The position numbers and the translations under genes were made by a program. Below the pieces are notes generated by a model. It did no database searches. It had not been told where the DNA came from and saw nothing but the letters and a program-made list of their open reading frames with translations. Below are positions 1 to 13,402 of a stretch of 64,000 nt of DNA, piece by piece (the first letter of the stretch is position 1; each line of letters opens with the position of its first letter). Source of the stretch: the human T2T-CHM13v2.0 reference genome, Homo sapiens; assembly GCF_009914755.1 (NCBI RefSeq), contig NC_060947.1. One strand, written 5' to 3'.

Positions 1-1797
1 CTGCTTTGGTATGAACTGAAGACACAACACCACTGGTTTTCCAAAAGATCCTTAAGCTAGTGAGCAAGCTATGCATTTATCATCTAACATAATGATTATC
101 TGCTTAATGCCAAAGTAGACCCGGGACTAGAATTTTTAAAGGAAAACACTTGACTCTTCTGTCACCAGAATGTTTTATAGAAAAACACGTTGTTAACCAA
201 TACTACACATTCAGTGTTGCTGCTTCCGGCCTTCATTCAGCATGCGGATTTGGCAGTTACATAAACTTTGGGGCATATTCCGCTAGAAGCTCAAACAGAT
301 CTTTTGCCCATTTGAGTTGGTGTGTTGGCCTTATTAGAGGTGAAGACCCTTGTAAGTTTCTCCTGACTTGCCACTGGGCTCACTTCTGCTCAGGATATCA
401 TTCTCTCCCCATGGCCTGCCTAGGAGCTTGCTGAGGGTCTTCCTGTTCTATGGAGAATTACTAGAACTCCACTGAGTGGCTAAGGCTGGATAATGAGGCA
501 GATAGACCACCTACTGCCTAGGAGGGTACTAAGGGGCAGGCATTCAGTACCCAGGACCATTCTATGGCCCAGGGCAGAGAAGCTTCTAAGATAACAAGAA
601 GCTGTGGTGGGGCTCCTAGGATTGTTGCCTGGGGGTCTTGCTTATCAGGAGGGCCCAGTAGCCTCATGTGTGAATATGTGGTATATAGGGGGTCAAGATT
701 GCCCCATGCTGTGTCCTTGCCTCATACCTCTGATACTGAAAACAGAGCCCTGCTCCAGTAGCATCTTTCCTGTGGTCTGCCCAAATAGCTTTTCTCTCAC
801 TCTTTTCCTTTGAGTCTCTGTTATTTACCCAAGGTGGGGATGGCAGGAAGGGACACATAGCAGGTAGCATCTGGACATCCTTCCTTATACCCTAGCTTGC
901 TGTCCTGCTGTGTGTATACAAGGGGAGCTGTTTATGGGGACTATTGTCCTGGTCCCCTGACCTGTTCTGTCCTTTCTTAGGTGAAATTTCTTGACATCCC
1001 TTAATTCTGGGTTATTTGACTAGTGTTACAGCCAGCAACATGGAAGGTGTTTACCAGTGTCCTTCTCTGCATGTTTTTCTAGGTCCTTTTCTTCTAGTTA
1101 CTACTTTCCCTAATACTGACAAAATGCTTATTCTACTTAGCATCTAACCTCTCCTGTCTGTTCACTTGTCAGTGTTTATCAAAAATCGGTCTTGACAATC
1201 CTTGAATAGGCTCTGGAAGTCTAAGGACTGAATTAGCATTGGACTATCAATGTGTGGGGCTGCCTTCTCATCTAGCAATATTTCAGCATGTTGTCTAGCA
1301 TCTGTCCTAGGTGGGACAAGTGTGGGTGAGAACTTACGTTACTGTCATGGTTTGTACTCCTGGCTACATGCTAACTTCCCTCTTTGTTTTTTGAATTATT
1401 CAACATCCTGAGAACTTCATTCTCTTGGCTAGAGTATGAAGCCCTGTACCTTCCCTGCAATAGAGGCGGCTGCATAGCTGTAGTAGGTAAGGATTAATCT
1501 TGGTTCAAGAAATCTTGGTTCAAGTTAGGGGTTTGACTCCCTAACCAGGAGTCAAACCAGCCTTTTCCCGGGATCTAGTCTGTTCTGCCCTGAACAGTTC
1601 TGCCTTCCCCATGCTCTTGCTTCTGATGGGGATAGGTTGGGGTATAATGGTGACTTGGGAAAACAAGCTGAGTTGACAGAATGCCAGAATTCCCTGTCAG
1701 TCTCTGAGGATGGATGTCTCAGTCAACCAGGTAGGATAATAGACATGTTCTAACAGTTTACATGTGGCCATGCTAGTGGTGCCATCTGGGCAAGATC

Positions 1798-2262
1798 TGT
1801 TGCTGAACACCAGAAATTCAGCCTAGGTCTGGTTGCTCACAGCACAGAAAAGCCACTCACTAAGACAATGAGTATTGCCAGGGAAAAAAAGTTTTATTGC
1901 TGGTGATGTCTCCCAAGAGATGGGAGACAAGTCTTAAATCTATTCCCTTTACCAACTAAAGTTATGGGTTCATATAGAGGTGGGAGTACAGGAATTAGGG
2001 AGGCGGATTATGGAAGAAGAGTTGGTCAACGGGCAGCAGGTGATCAGATAAGAAGTCTGGTGCGTCACTGTCTGGATACTGTGATCTATAAAGTTTTAGC
2101 TCTCTGATGCTACCTGGGAGCTCTAACAGTAGGTTTTCTGAGAAAGGAACTCAGATTATACAAAAGTAAGTTGCTCAAATTTTAAGACCAGGAAGGTCAA
2201 TTTCTATGTTCATTCAAAAAAACTATAAACATCAGCTCTATGAGAAAAGTAGGCCAGTTTCC
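1798..2262 (-). mobile_element. ERV1 LTR, MER31-like (3' LTR of a minus-strand provirus)
   Basis: TGTTGCTGAACACCAG...GAGAAAGGAACTCAGAT...GGCCAGTTTC matches the recalled MER31 reverse complement. It is followed by CCCTTCCCTTTCT, a polypurine tract on the minus strand. Confidence 0.75.
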
Positions 2263-5200
2263 CTTCCCTTTCTATTTATCTAGTCTTCAATCATGGGGAA
2301 TCTAGTCACTGATCTTTCTAGCTGCTTCATTCTAAGGGGCATCGTGGGATAATGAAGAATGAAAACATACCTGTAACTGGAAATACTCACAAGTACCTGG
2401 CTAGTTTCTGGCTTTTTGGAACTAGAGTGATTAATAATGTAGAACATGGAGAAGATCCCCTAGGGAGTTTAAGAACAATCCTAAGCCTATCCAAAAGTCA
2501 ACTGTGGGATAAATTGACTGATAGAGCAAGAGTTTGTGAAATATGGGTTAATGGGTTACCTTCCCATCTAGAAGCAGGAAAGATCTAGAGAACAATAACC
2601 TGAAAAGTGCATATTCCCTTCATGATTTCTTATCTAGAGTCTTTGACAGGGCTTTGAATATTAAGGCTGTCAGAAGTTTATAAGACCATGACTGTTTCCC
2701 CTGGAGGGAACCCAGAGGGACTGGTTTTCTCAAATATGATAAATATACAGCTTAACACTGGCCAAATTAACAGATGAGTAGGTAGTCAGCAGCACCTCAA
2801 GGATCAATCCATTGTGGTTGCAACTCGTCTTCAGCCTGGAATTACCAGGTTTTCAGCAGGGCTTGGTCCTTCAGTGTCAGAGTAGAGAGGCATATCACTA
2901 GGGAACTAATCTGTCAGAAAAAAACTCAGACTAATTGGTTTTTGTTTTGTATGTGATTTAGCTTTTGTTGGGAAGAAAAATCCTCAGATGGGGAGTCTAC
3001 AGGTCAGAGAAATGGTCGCCTATATAACATTTCAAAGGGGCTAAGAGCCAACCCACCTCTAGGGGCTACCCATACTCTCAGCAGGGCAAGGGGTAAGACC
3101 TTTTCCCAGGTAAGATTTGTCTCCTGGGAAGCTTTAGAAAGAGACTTCCTTAATGTCCTACTTATTCTTTCAGCCATCCCAGAAGTTTGAGGTCGCCAAA
3201 ATAAATGCAGTTTCCAATCAGTACTCAGTGACCACAATACTTTCTGGGCTACTCGGGCTATAAAAACAGCTCCATTGTCACTTTGGAGAGTGTGTAAGAG
3301 TCCTAAATCAAGGAATATGCTTCATTAGAGCCTTTACAACTTCAGTAGCTTTCTCAGTCTTGGTGGGGCAAGCCTCAACCCAACCTATAAAGGTACTGAC
3401 AAAAACCAGCATCAAATATACAGGGGCTCAGGGCATTATAGTGAAATCTAATTGCCAGTATTCCCTAGGATGAGTTACTTTCCATTGATTTCCTTGTTTA
3501 AAGGGAACTTTTGTGCCTTCCTGGGGCTTTGGGTTATTTTTTCAAGCAGATAGGACAACTTTGGACTACAGTTTGTATTGTTCATTGCAAGTTAGGCCGA
3601 AAGATAAGGCTGTATCCAGCATAGAGTAGCTTCCCACTATAATGGGTGCTTTGGATTTGTTCATGAATTGGTCTAATTAAAGTTTCTGGAAGGATAACTT
3701 CTTCCTTCATTATTTGTAAGCCATTTATGATCAGCAAGCTTAGAAAATCCTCCTTGCTCAGCTCTTTTAAGATAAGACTCTGAATATCCTGGGAAATACG
3801 GATCTAAACAGAGTAGGAACAAGAGCCAGTCTGAGTGGTGAGCCCCCTGACCACATTTTTCACCTCTAGGTCAGTCTTAATATTTATTTATGCAACATGG
3901 GTGTCCAGTGTCTTTGACGGTGAATAACTGCTGCTACTTTGGGCATTTTTACTGTCTCCAATAATTCAAGAATTTGAGGACCATGCTTTATTATTAGAAT
4001 TAAAAAGGCCAACTTTCCTTCCAAATTACCCGGTGAGCATGGGATATTAGGAAAACATACTTAGAGTCAATATAAATGTTGACTTTCCTTCCCTTAACCA
4101 AATGTATAGCTCTGGTTAAAGCAATGAGCTCAGCCTTTTGGGCGGACGTCCAGGGGCTTCATCTATGTGCTGGGTAGTAACTATAGCATGTCTGGCCCTT
4201 CTGACTCCTTGTTCCATGAAACTGCTCCCATCAGTGAAGCAATCTTTGGATTTTGTCAATGGCAAATCTGAGGTCTGGACTACTGGAATAAACCTGATCA
4301 ATTATTTTAATGCAGTCATGATGAGGAGGCTGGAGATTCCCTGGTAGCAGGGTGACAGGATTCAGACTAGAAACAGCCTTAAGACTTACATTTGGGTTTT
4401 CTAGAAGCCTGGCTTGGTACTTTCCCAGTTGGCCAAACAATTAACCAATAGCCTCCTTTCTGCTCAAGCGAAGATAACGTATAATGCATAGTATACACTG
4501 TCAGTTTTCAGCTTCCTGCAACATGTCACAGGTAGCAGCCACTGCCCTTAGGCAGATAGGCCAGCCATTAGTTATCATGTCGAGCTGTTTCAAAACATAG
4601 GCCACAGGATGTTTTTAAAGTTCTAAGGTCTTGAGTTAATATTCCAATTCCCTGTCCTCCTTGAAGATTTGCATAAGTCAGGAATACCCAGTACTTTCAA
4701 TGTCTCTTTGAATGACAGGGTCAGAAGAACACATATTTCCGAAAGGTTGTGACTAAGGGTTGGAGACCCCTTCTAGCCTGGAGCTTTAGAAAATACTGTT
4801 TAATCCAGGGGTTGTAATTCCTGGTCTCAACATGGATTAGTGCCACACAGGCCCATCAAGGATGCCCAGTGGCCCATACTTCCAGATTTAACTCCTGAAC
4901 TTTCAGAGGGCAGAGCCTGAGGGAAAGTAAAACAGACAATCAAGGCTGCTTGGAAAGAAGGTGCATGTTCTGGAGGGACTTCAGCTATATTCATTCTGGA
5001 AAGTCACTTGGGCATATAGCTTAGATCCCAACCTAGTAATGAGAGGGGATATTCTGGCCCATAGAGAGAAGCATGGATCAAAGAACTTCCCTATCATATG
5101 TTTTGAGGCTAAAGAAAATATTTTGGGGAGGGTTTCTCAGGCACTCCAGTAACTATCATAGATTCTCTTCCAAGTTTAATCAATTTAAGATTTAAAACTG

Positions 5201-6000
5201 AGTAGGTTTCTCTGATGCCTATCAGAAAATCAACCAACTTATCACCCACTTTAACAGCTACCCTAGCTGTTTAACAGCATGATATTAATCATGGGTTGCA
5301 GTGTCCAAAAGTGGAAAGAGCCTTAAGGTCCCATTGTTCCAGGTCATCTCCAGTGGGTCCAGCCATTTGCAAGGCTGGGTTAGTTGATCTAAGTACAGAA
5401 GTTCTATACTAAGTCAAGGCATAGCATTATCAAATGCAGAATAAAACTACGGGTGGTATTGAGACAGCCAAATGGGAGGGGGTCCCTGGAGAAATTCCAA
5501 CCGGCCTGCCACTGAGATGGAGCCTCTGGAAGTTCACAATGTTTGCAGCAGAGAGGAGTCTGCCCCTCTTCTTCCGGGGTGGAACCTGGGATTTGAACGG
5601 CCAGGCAGGAAGCACTCTAACAGGGACTTTGGTCTAGTGAGAGTCCCCGTTTCCCCTTTACTTCCTTTTCACCCTATAAAACGCTGTCTTACTCACCCTT
5701 CAAACCATCCGCAAGCCTAAATTTTCATGGCCATGGACCAGACAAGGAACCCGTTTTTAGCTGAACTAAGGAAAACTCCTGAAACAGTATTGGAGGAGAA
5801 AGGGCTTGTCTTATTTTTCCCCAGCCCACAGGACTTACCAGAAGATAGGTTTAAGTGGTAAATTCCCTTATGTTCCTCATGAGTCTCTTTGAAGAAACCA
5901 GGATGTTTTGTGGCAACTCTATTATCCTAGTTTCCAGGATGTTCCTAACTCAGTGACTTGTCAGACTGCCTAGGAATTGGGTTGACAGTTATTTGTGACC
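2263..6000 (-). mobile_element. ERV1 internal region (decayed gag-pro-pol, MER31-int-like); RT core deleted, no clear env
   Basis: Minus-strand remnants: integrase (WRPQTSGMAER...LPLALLRV...SPFEMLYRRPF, 3004-3237), RNase H (FTDGSSF, about 4220), RT N-terminus (KQYFLKLQARRGLQPLV, about 4750-4800) and degenerate protease (VDFLIGIRETYS, about 5200-5235). Many stops. Right boundary approximate. Confidence 0.85.
5460..5786 (+). mobile_element. Solo LTR, MER61-like (ERV1), nested in the older provirus
   Basis: TGAGACAGCC...GCTGAACTAAGGAAAACTCCTGAAACA with TG...CA ends and a perfect 4-bp TSD GTAT (5456-5459, 5787-5790). Confidence 0.85.
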
Positions 6001-6059
6001 TCTTATGGTTAAAGGTACTTAGGCATGTGAAGAATAGATAAAAAACTGATCTCTCTCAA

Positions 6060-7290
6060 ATGTAGAGAAGGCGGCCAAGGTTAACACTGGAGGCTTAAGT
6101 CAGGGTTAGATCACATAAGATTTTCTAGGCCAAATCAAAGATTTGGTTCTATAGCCTTTAATGCTCAGGAGCCATGGAAGGAATGTAAGCAAAGGCAATA
6201 GGTAGGCTAGTGACCAGATCAGACTGACATCTTTAAAGATCATCTTTAAGATGATCTAGGCCTATAGGATAGAGACTGGCTGGGAAGGCTAAACAAAGAA
6301 TTGCAAGGTGAGCAGTTAAACTGTTGCAGCTGCTTGGGCAAGAGGATGAACTTGGGATTGGGATTTGAGCTGAGATAAAATGGATGGGTTTGAGAGTTGT
6401 TTGGGAGATAGGATTTAATAGTGTTTGTCAAGGGAGAAAAGAAGTAGAAGTTTTTAATTACCTCATGGTAAACTTTAGGTTGACAACATGACATTATCTG
6501 AGAAGATCCACTTCTAGAATTCCTTAGAGGCAAAATTCCCTCAGTTTAGGGCGGTCTTGGTTTGAGTTGCCCAGTTCTCAAGTGGAGATGTCTAGCAGGC
6601 AGGTAGAGATCAGTCTGGTAGACCAAGAGCAGACTGTCAGCTAGAGATCAGCCATTGGTGTGTTGATAACAGAAGATCCAGGATGCTGAGATAAAGCTAT
6701 TAACTGAGAAGTGAACCTAAAAACAAAGGCTACAAACCTCCATTACCTCCTCTGCCCAGAGTTTACATGTGGAGACTAAGCAGTAGAGAAAGATGACAGT
6801 CAGCAAGATGAAGTGTCATGGAGGCTAGTGTTTCCAAAACAGAAGTCATGTGTGTTAAATGGAGGATGGGTGAGGGATGAGGCCTAATAAGAGAACAGAA
6901 TGTTTCTTTGGGGATTAGCTATTTGTAGACTACTGAGGAACCTTAGTAGCCAGCAGTCTTTACCTACCCCAATCTGATGCTTATCCATATCTCTTGGGGT
7001 TCTTCTTAGTCCCCAAGAGACTTCCCCCAAGGAACCCCAAGAGATATGGATAAGCATCAGATTGGGATAGGTAATGTGTTGAGATGGAGAATATGGGCTG
7101 CTTAGCTGTGGAAAAATAAGATGCCAGATAGAAAAGCTCACAGGGTAGAGAGATGAAGGTCTTTTTAAACTTAACTAGAGTCTCCTGTATAGCCATGGAA
7201 GGAAAGAGCCCAGTGGTAGAAAAATTGAAGGTAGGAGAGAAGGTTATTTGATATGGTAAGGCCCCTGAAAGAAGGGTTTGCATCAGCCTT
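6060..7290 (-). mobile_element. L2 LINE remnant
   Basis: Purine-rich degenerate sequence typical of antisense L2 (e.g. GTGGAGATGTCTAGCAGGCAGGTAGAGAT). Boundaries approximate. Confidence 0.55.
6960..7074. repeat. 43-bp inverted repeat (42/43 match) with 29-nt spacer
   Basis: 6960-7002 TTACCTACCCCAATCTGATGCTTATCCATATCTCTTGGGGTTC is the reverse complement of 7032-7074 except for one base. Confidence 0.95.
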
Positions 7291-8255
7291 CTAGTTCTTC
7301 TCTTGCCCAGTTACTGTCACTGGCAATGCTAGATACTAGACTGGTTAGAAGCTGGCTGTTGACCTTAATCCACAGAAGCCTCCTAAGATCTGTCCTCAGA
7401 TATCTGAGGCTGGGGACCCAGGCAGATATCTGGGAATACTACTGAAGGCTTCAGGCAGGCATACCTGAAATGCCAGGAGTCATCTTAAATGCCCCCTTCA
7501 TCTCACCTCACAAGTGGGCAGTGGTCACCCTAAGAGCTGAGTTATAGAAAATTTGTGTGCTCTTGAATCTAGATGGAAAGCAAGGCCTCGCTTCCACTTG
7601 TGGGTCTCAGGACTTTACCCAGTTGCTTTTCTCACTCCCCTTCCCCTTCAAAGGTAGCAAACTAGGCAGTAGCATCTTGGGACCCTGGCTGTGAGCATTC
7701 TGGCTCCTGGCCTGCTCAATGTTGTGTGTGGAAACTTGTTTTCAGGGCCTTTACCATCTTATCAACCTGGAGCCTCCGTTCCTGCCAACCATGGGTATGA
7801 GGACAATGGTAGCTGTGGCCCTTGGTGTTGGTGCACTCTGCCTGCTTGTACATGGCCTTCTTGCTAGGCCACATGCCAGAGCTGGCCTTTCCTCTGGTCC
7901 ATTCTGATCACAGCTAGGCTGCTCTCTTTTCTAAGCTCTAGAGCTTTGCTTCTCTTGCCTCTGAGTTCTGAGGTCAGTCAGTCTATTCTTTACAATCCAG
8001 AGGATAAGGCATTTAAGGTCCAAGTATGTTTAGTTCAGACTGTTTTCTACTTCACCCCAGTTGTGTATGTAACATGTTCTGGTTTGCAGGAGTAAATGTG
8101 GCTAGAACTTGTGGCTACCTCTTAGCTGGACTTGGCTGTGACTTACTTGTCCAAGTCTCTTCTTTCTGACTTTCTTCCCAGATCTTCTTTCCTAAACTTG
8201 CAGACTCCAGGGATTTCTCCAGAATTTTTACGTCATAAAAATTTTTGTCATACAG

Positions 8256-8256
<1 letters not shown>

Positions 8257-8298
<42 letters not shown>
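8257..8298. repeat. (TG)n microsatellite
   Basis: About 21 TG units. Confidence 0.98.
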
Positions 8299-8301
<3 letters not shown>

Positions 8302-8927
8302 AATACAACCTAAACAATAGATCAACAATTTGGCATGGCTTGGAGTTACTAAATCATGAGAAGGCCAATACCCTGTTAATACCATTGCCATTGCTTCATC
8401 ATTTCCAAAGGAGATGAGACTCCAAGGGTTTGCTTTGACTAGAGAGCTTCCAGAAGATCACAGCAGATAAGCACTTGATCTTTACTTGAATAAAAGCCTG
8501 AATCAGTCCATAGTCTGGGTCACTGCTGTTTAGTCATGGTTATTTCTAGTCACTGTTCTATCCTGCCTTATCCTGCTTAGTCAACAGCCGAAGTTACTAA
8601 AGAAGTCCCCTTAAATTTTCTCTCACAGTCCTTCTAAGTTTATCACCTTAGAACATGTTACCTAGGGTTCTGATTATTTTTCCAACCTAAAGATGATGAC
8701 CTCAGGGGATCTACCTACTATGGTAATCCTATATGCAGATAATGGACACTCTTTCTACCATGGCCAGGGGTAGAAAGAAAGCTTAGCTCCTGTCTTTAAG
8801 GCGCTCAGTGTAATGAGTGACGGGTCACAGGTGGCTATAGGAAAGCTCTGGACTGTATACAGTACAATCTAAACAATGGATCATCAACTTGGCATGGCTT
8901 GGAGTTATTAAATCATGAGAAGGCCAA
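8299..8927 (+). repeat. 70-bp dispersed direct repeat (8299-8368 and 8858-8927)
   Basis: 64/70 identical, ungapped. Confidence 0.9.
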
Positions 8928-8959
8928 CATCTATAGTTTACAGGTATATGCCAGGTAAA

Positions 8960-9260
8960 GCCTAAAACTGGCCTGGGAGGCTTACCAGGCAGCTCTGCTT
9001 CAATCAGGATTCCAAATTGCCTGGCTACTCGGGAAGAGCAATCAACAGAGCAAGGTTTCCAAGTGTGGGAAATATTCATCTAGTCAACGAAGCCTGGGTC
9101 ACATGTCTACCTTCTACCTGCAAGAGAGATTAGGAAAATAATTAATTCAAATTTCATGTGCTACAGGGCAAGTGGATGCTGCTTCCCACTAAGACTTACA
9201 GGGCAAATAATTCCTAAACATGGGCAGAGATACTCTGATACCAGGTGGCCAAAGGCAGCA
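8960..9260 (-). mobile_element. Old MaLR (MLT1-type) LTR fragment
   Basis: GGGTCACATGTCTACCTTCTACCTGCAAGAGAG resembles MLT1 LTR motifs. Confidence 0.45.
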
Positions 9261-9299
9261 AGGCTAGTTTCATTTGTGTGACATTAACCTCTCCAGGTT

Positions 9300-10865
9300 T
9301 GGCTCTTACCTGTTCACATAGGCTGGTCATAGACTTAGAAGGAGCAAGATATATAATTAGTGACAGAAAGTTTGGAGAAGGAGCATATAGATGAGGTCCT
9401 TAGAATGGACCCCAAGTGTGGCGATATCCCTTGTGAACACTAACAAAGGCTCAGCTCTGGAGGAGGCCTTAACTTAGATGAACAAGGTGGCCTTCCCCTT
9501 AGATCAGCTTCTTCCGTAGCCACCCCAGTACTTGAAGGACTCATGGATGAGGTGCTATGGTTCCAAGATTAAGGCCATGCATGAGATCAACAACTCAAAC
9601 TTCTCACAAAGGCTGAACTAACTTATCAGCAACAGTGACCAGGGGCTCACTGATAAGGCACTTTAAACTTGGAAGACAAGCCAGCTACCTGATGATGGGT
9701 TCCCTTCATTGGACTTCTATCATGGAGTGGGAGGGTGCTGACCATTTGGCATTACCAGAAAAGATACTTGGATTTATACCTGTCCCTGACAAATTTGTTT
9801 TAAAAATGTCAGTGAATTCAAATGTAACATTCAGGTTCATTATTTTCCATACAGCATTGTCTGACAAAGGAACCCGCTTCTCAGCACAAGTGAATCAATA
9901 AGCTGAAGCCCATGGAATCTGTTACCATGTACCTCATCTCTCAGAAGTCACTGCCTCTAGAACGGTAGAAAGTGCTCTGAAACTTCATTATGGTACCTCC
10001 TGGGATTCACTGCTTTGAGAAGGTGGAGTACTGTCATAGAGGGTGTGGTATGTGTTCTGAACCAATGACTACTGTGATTTATCTCCCTCCTACCCAGACT
10101 GCTTGGATTCAGATACTGAACAGTAAAAACAAACATGGTTCCTCTCACTGTAACAGCAAAAGTCCTTATAACTTGACTTCTTTTCTTGGGTTTCTGGGTT
10201 CTGCTAGTTCAGAGGCCTTACTAACTTAAGGAGGAATGCTTCCAAGAAACATAATTTTATCATTGAAGTGGGAGTAGAGATAGACCCTGGTCATTTGCGT
10301 CTAACCCTTTGAACAGACAAGTAAAGGGAGCATTACAATGTTGGCTGGGTCGACCATGTCAAAGATGAGATCATCTTAACGCAATAGAGGGAGTGAGAAT
10401 AGAAAATCCAGGGAACTCCCATGTAAACCTCCTGATATTCAGGAATAGATTAGATGATAGCAGCCTTACACTGGCAGTGCTCCAATGGATATATTTACAT
10501 CAGTGACAAGTTTGGATCATTCCATCATCTAAATAATCCAATCAGCTAGTTTGATTAAGCGAAATGAAACAAATGACAGTGGCCTCATAATTGTTATAAT
10601 AAAAGGTCTTTAATCTGCATTTATCTTTCTTGTGACTAGTGTTTACCTCTGCTTTATGAAAGGTAGAATGCATATTCTTGTCCACAGGTCACAGGACAGG
10701 ATTAGGATAGACCTAAAAACAGAATGAGCATCACCTGATACTAGATTAGAATGGAAGACAGCAAATTTGTGGTGTGATGGGGGAGCAGGAGATTGGTGTG
10801 TATCTGAGTAGCATCACTTCTTGAAGTATAGGAAGAATAGATATTAGGTAAAAAGAAGAGTGGAC
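9300..10865 (+). mobile_element. ERVL-class internal (pol/integrase) remnant
   Basis: TCTGACAAAGGAACCCGCTTCTCAGCA (SDKGTRFSA, compare ERVL SDQGTHFTA) and TACCATGTACCTCAT (YHVPH). Ends in the ERVL-style PPT AAGAAGAGTGGAC before TGT. Confidence 0.7.
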
Positions 10866-11180
10866 TGTAGTGAACATCTAGTTTTCTTCTTGTTGTGGAC
10901 TTAAATATTCCCTCTGGGTATCTCCTTTCCATGCAAGCATATAAGTCTTGGTAGGAGTCAGTGTCTTCCTACCATAGAAACAAATTATTTTAAAAATTGC
11001 TTTGGCTGGTCTTAAAGCTCATGCTTAGGGGAGGGCAGTAGTAGGATCTTCAAGCTGTTTTGGATCGTGACTTGTGGGTGTTTCTGGCTGAGCCTTGCTC
11101 TCTAGTTCTGAGTGATTCCCTGGGATATATACTCCTTAAACACCTTTTCTGTTCAAATCACATGAAGTCTATTTCGGACA
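10866..11180 (+). mobile_element. ERVL-class 3' LTR remnant
   Basis: Starts TGTAGTG immediately after the PPT. End approximate. Confidence 0.45.
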
Positions 11181-12639
11181 CAGCCACTGGGTGAAAACAT
11201 TTAAGATACCCTTGGATACATGTTATCTGGCCTTGATTAAGCTGCTGTCTCATTCTCCAGATGCACTGGAGGCCCAGTCTGCCCCCTTAAGTTTATACCC
11301 TCATCTTAAAAGCTGGCTACTCTTAGTTTGTTAGCCTTCCTACTTACATATGGGCAGCATCTGCAGGATCATGGCTAGACCTTCTCATAAGCCCTTCCTA
11401 CATGAGTAGATGGTCTTGGCTTTCTTATTCCAAAGACATCTTCTTTTAGATTCCCCTGTCTTGCTGATCTTACACTTGGCAGTGCTCAGGAATCCCCTTC
11501 CCCCTTCCACCTGGTTCAGCACTCTGCCTTTTACTTTTTATCTGAAGAAAGCCCACCAGGAGCTGTATGAATTTGGTCCCTCTCTTGCCCCTGACCATTC
11601 TGGGCCACCGGGTACCTCTGATCCAGAGGCCTATTCTTGTGTGTCTTTCCTACATGGCTTAAGTCCTGAGTGCAAGATGTTGAGTTCTCCCAGAGAGAAC
11701 AGAGTGGTCCAGTCTGGTCCTATGTCCTTTCCTGAAGCCTTCTAGGACTCCTAGGGGCTATGGCCAGCTTGCATAATAAGAATCCAGTATCCTTTTCCTC
11801 ACCCATGAGGAACATCCAAGAAAATGCTCTGCTTGCCCTTAATCCAGCAGTGCTTTTCTAAATCTCCCAAACTCACTAAGCACCTACTGAGGTCTGTAGG
11901 ATAGGGACAGATTGACATTACTTCTGTCTTTGACCTCGGTACCAGGTGGGCTAAAGGGGCCTGATGGAGCCTAACAGCCATGGTGTGAACCTGAGTGTCA
12001 GACTTGGTGTACTACAAGATAGGGTGTTGAGTGAGAACCCTCTTTGTAGGCTTGACCCAGAAGTAGAGAGTCATACATCAACTGTACACCACTGCCTCTC
12101 ATGTCTACCCTAGATTACCACAGGAGCTTCCCAATTAGTCTCTGGGCTTCCATTTTTGTTTCCCTCTCATCCATCCTCAATATTTCAAGTGTAATTTTTC
12201 TAGGCATACATCAACATGTTTTTCTCTGACAGCCCTGGCTCCTAATAATTCGGATGCTGTTTGGCAGAGCCCTGGTTACCTCCAATAATTTGCTTCTGGA
12301 AACAGCTGTCTCACACCTTTATGGCTTTTTGGACTATTCCCTGTGCCTGGAATTCTGAGGCACCTTCCTTCTAAGGAGAAAATGGGGCAGAAGTGCTTAG
12401 CATGTGCTATGGGCGTCAAGTCCAAAAGACCCTCTCTTCCTTCAGACTGAGGAAGAAGACAGGCCGACTGGCAGATACTCTCTTCCCTCTGCCCCCAACT
12501 TCTTGTCCCAAGAGAGCCTTTCACCAGGCCACCAATAAGCTTCCAAGTGTCTGCCCCATGCCTAGTTCTGTGATGCTCCTGAGGGTGAAAAGGAAGGAAA
12601 GGTGGGGCTTGTCAAGAGGTGACTGGCTGCTGACACTTA

Positions 12640-12850
12640 TTTGGTACTTAGGGCACTCTTAAACACTTCCCATGCATTAACTCACCTGGTCCTCACAACC
12701 ATATGGAAGGTACTATTCCCTCATCTTATAAATGAGGAAACTGAGGCCTAGAGAGAGAGAAGTAATCTGCCTAAGTTCATGTGGTTGGAAAGTGGTAGCA
12801 CCAGGACTTTCTCAGACTGTCTAGTCCCAGGATGTACACTTTTTCCCTAA
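12640..12850 (-). mobile_element. MIR SINE
   Basis: MIR core ATAAATGAGGAAACTGAGGC...AAGTAATCTGCCTAAGTTCA. Confidence 0.8.
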
Positions 12851-13087
12851 TAGCTTGTGAAAAAAATATAACCCAACTGACAGAATTTTATACTGAATAC
12901 CCATATACCATTAACACTTAAAGAAGCTTGTTTTATCACTTATCTACACATCCCCATAACTATCAATCTCACTTTTGGTGCATTTCAAAACAAGTTGCAG
13001 ACATCTGTATACTTCCCCTGTATACTTCAGCATGAATACTAACAAGATCAAGATTTTAGTCTTTTGATATAAAATGACATGAACTTG

Positions 13088-13402
<315 letters not shown>

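Noticed and set aside
150-434. 94-aa ORF in a mildly CpG-retaining unique segment
   Set aside because: Non-ATG start, no recognised homology or exon pair; it might be regulatory but the sequence alone cannot support that.
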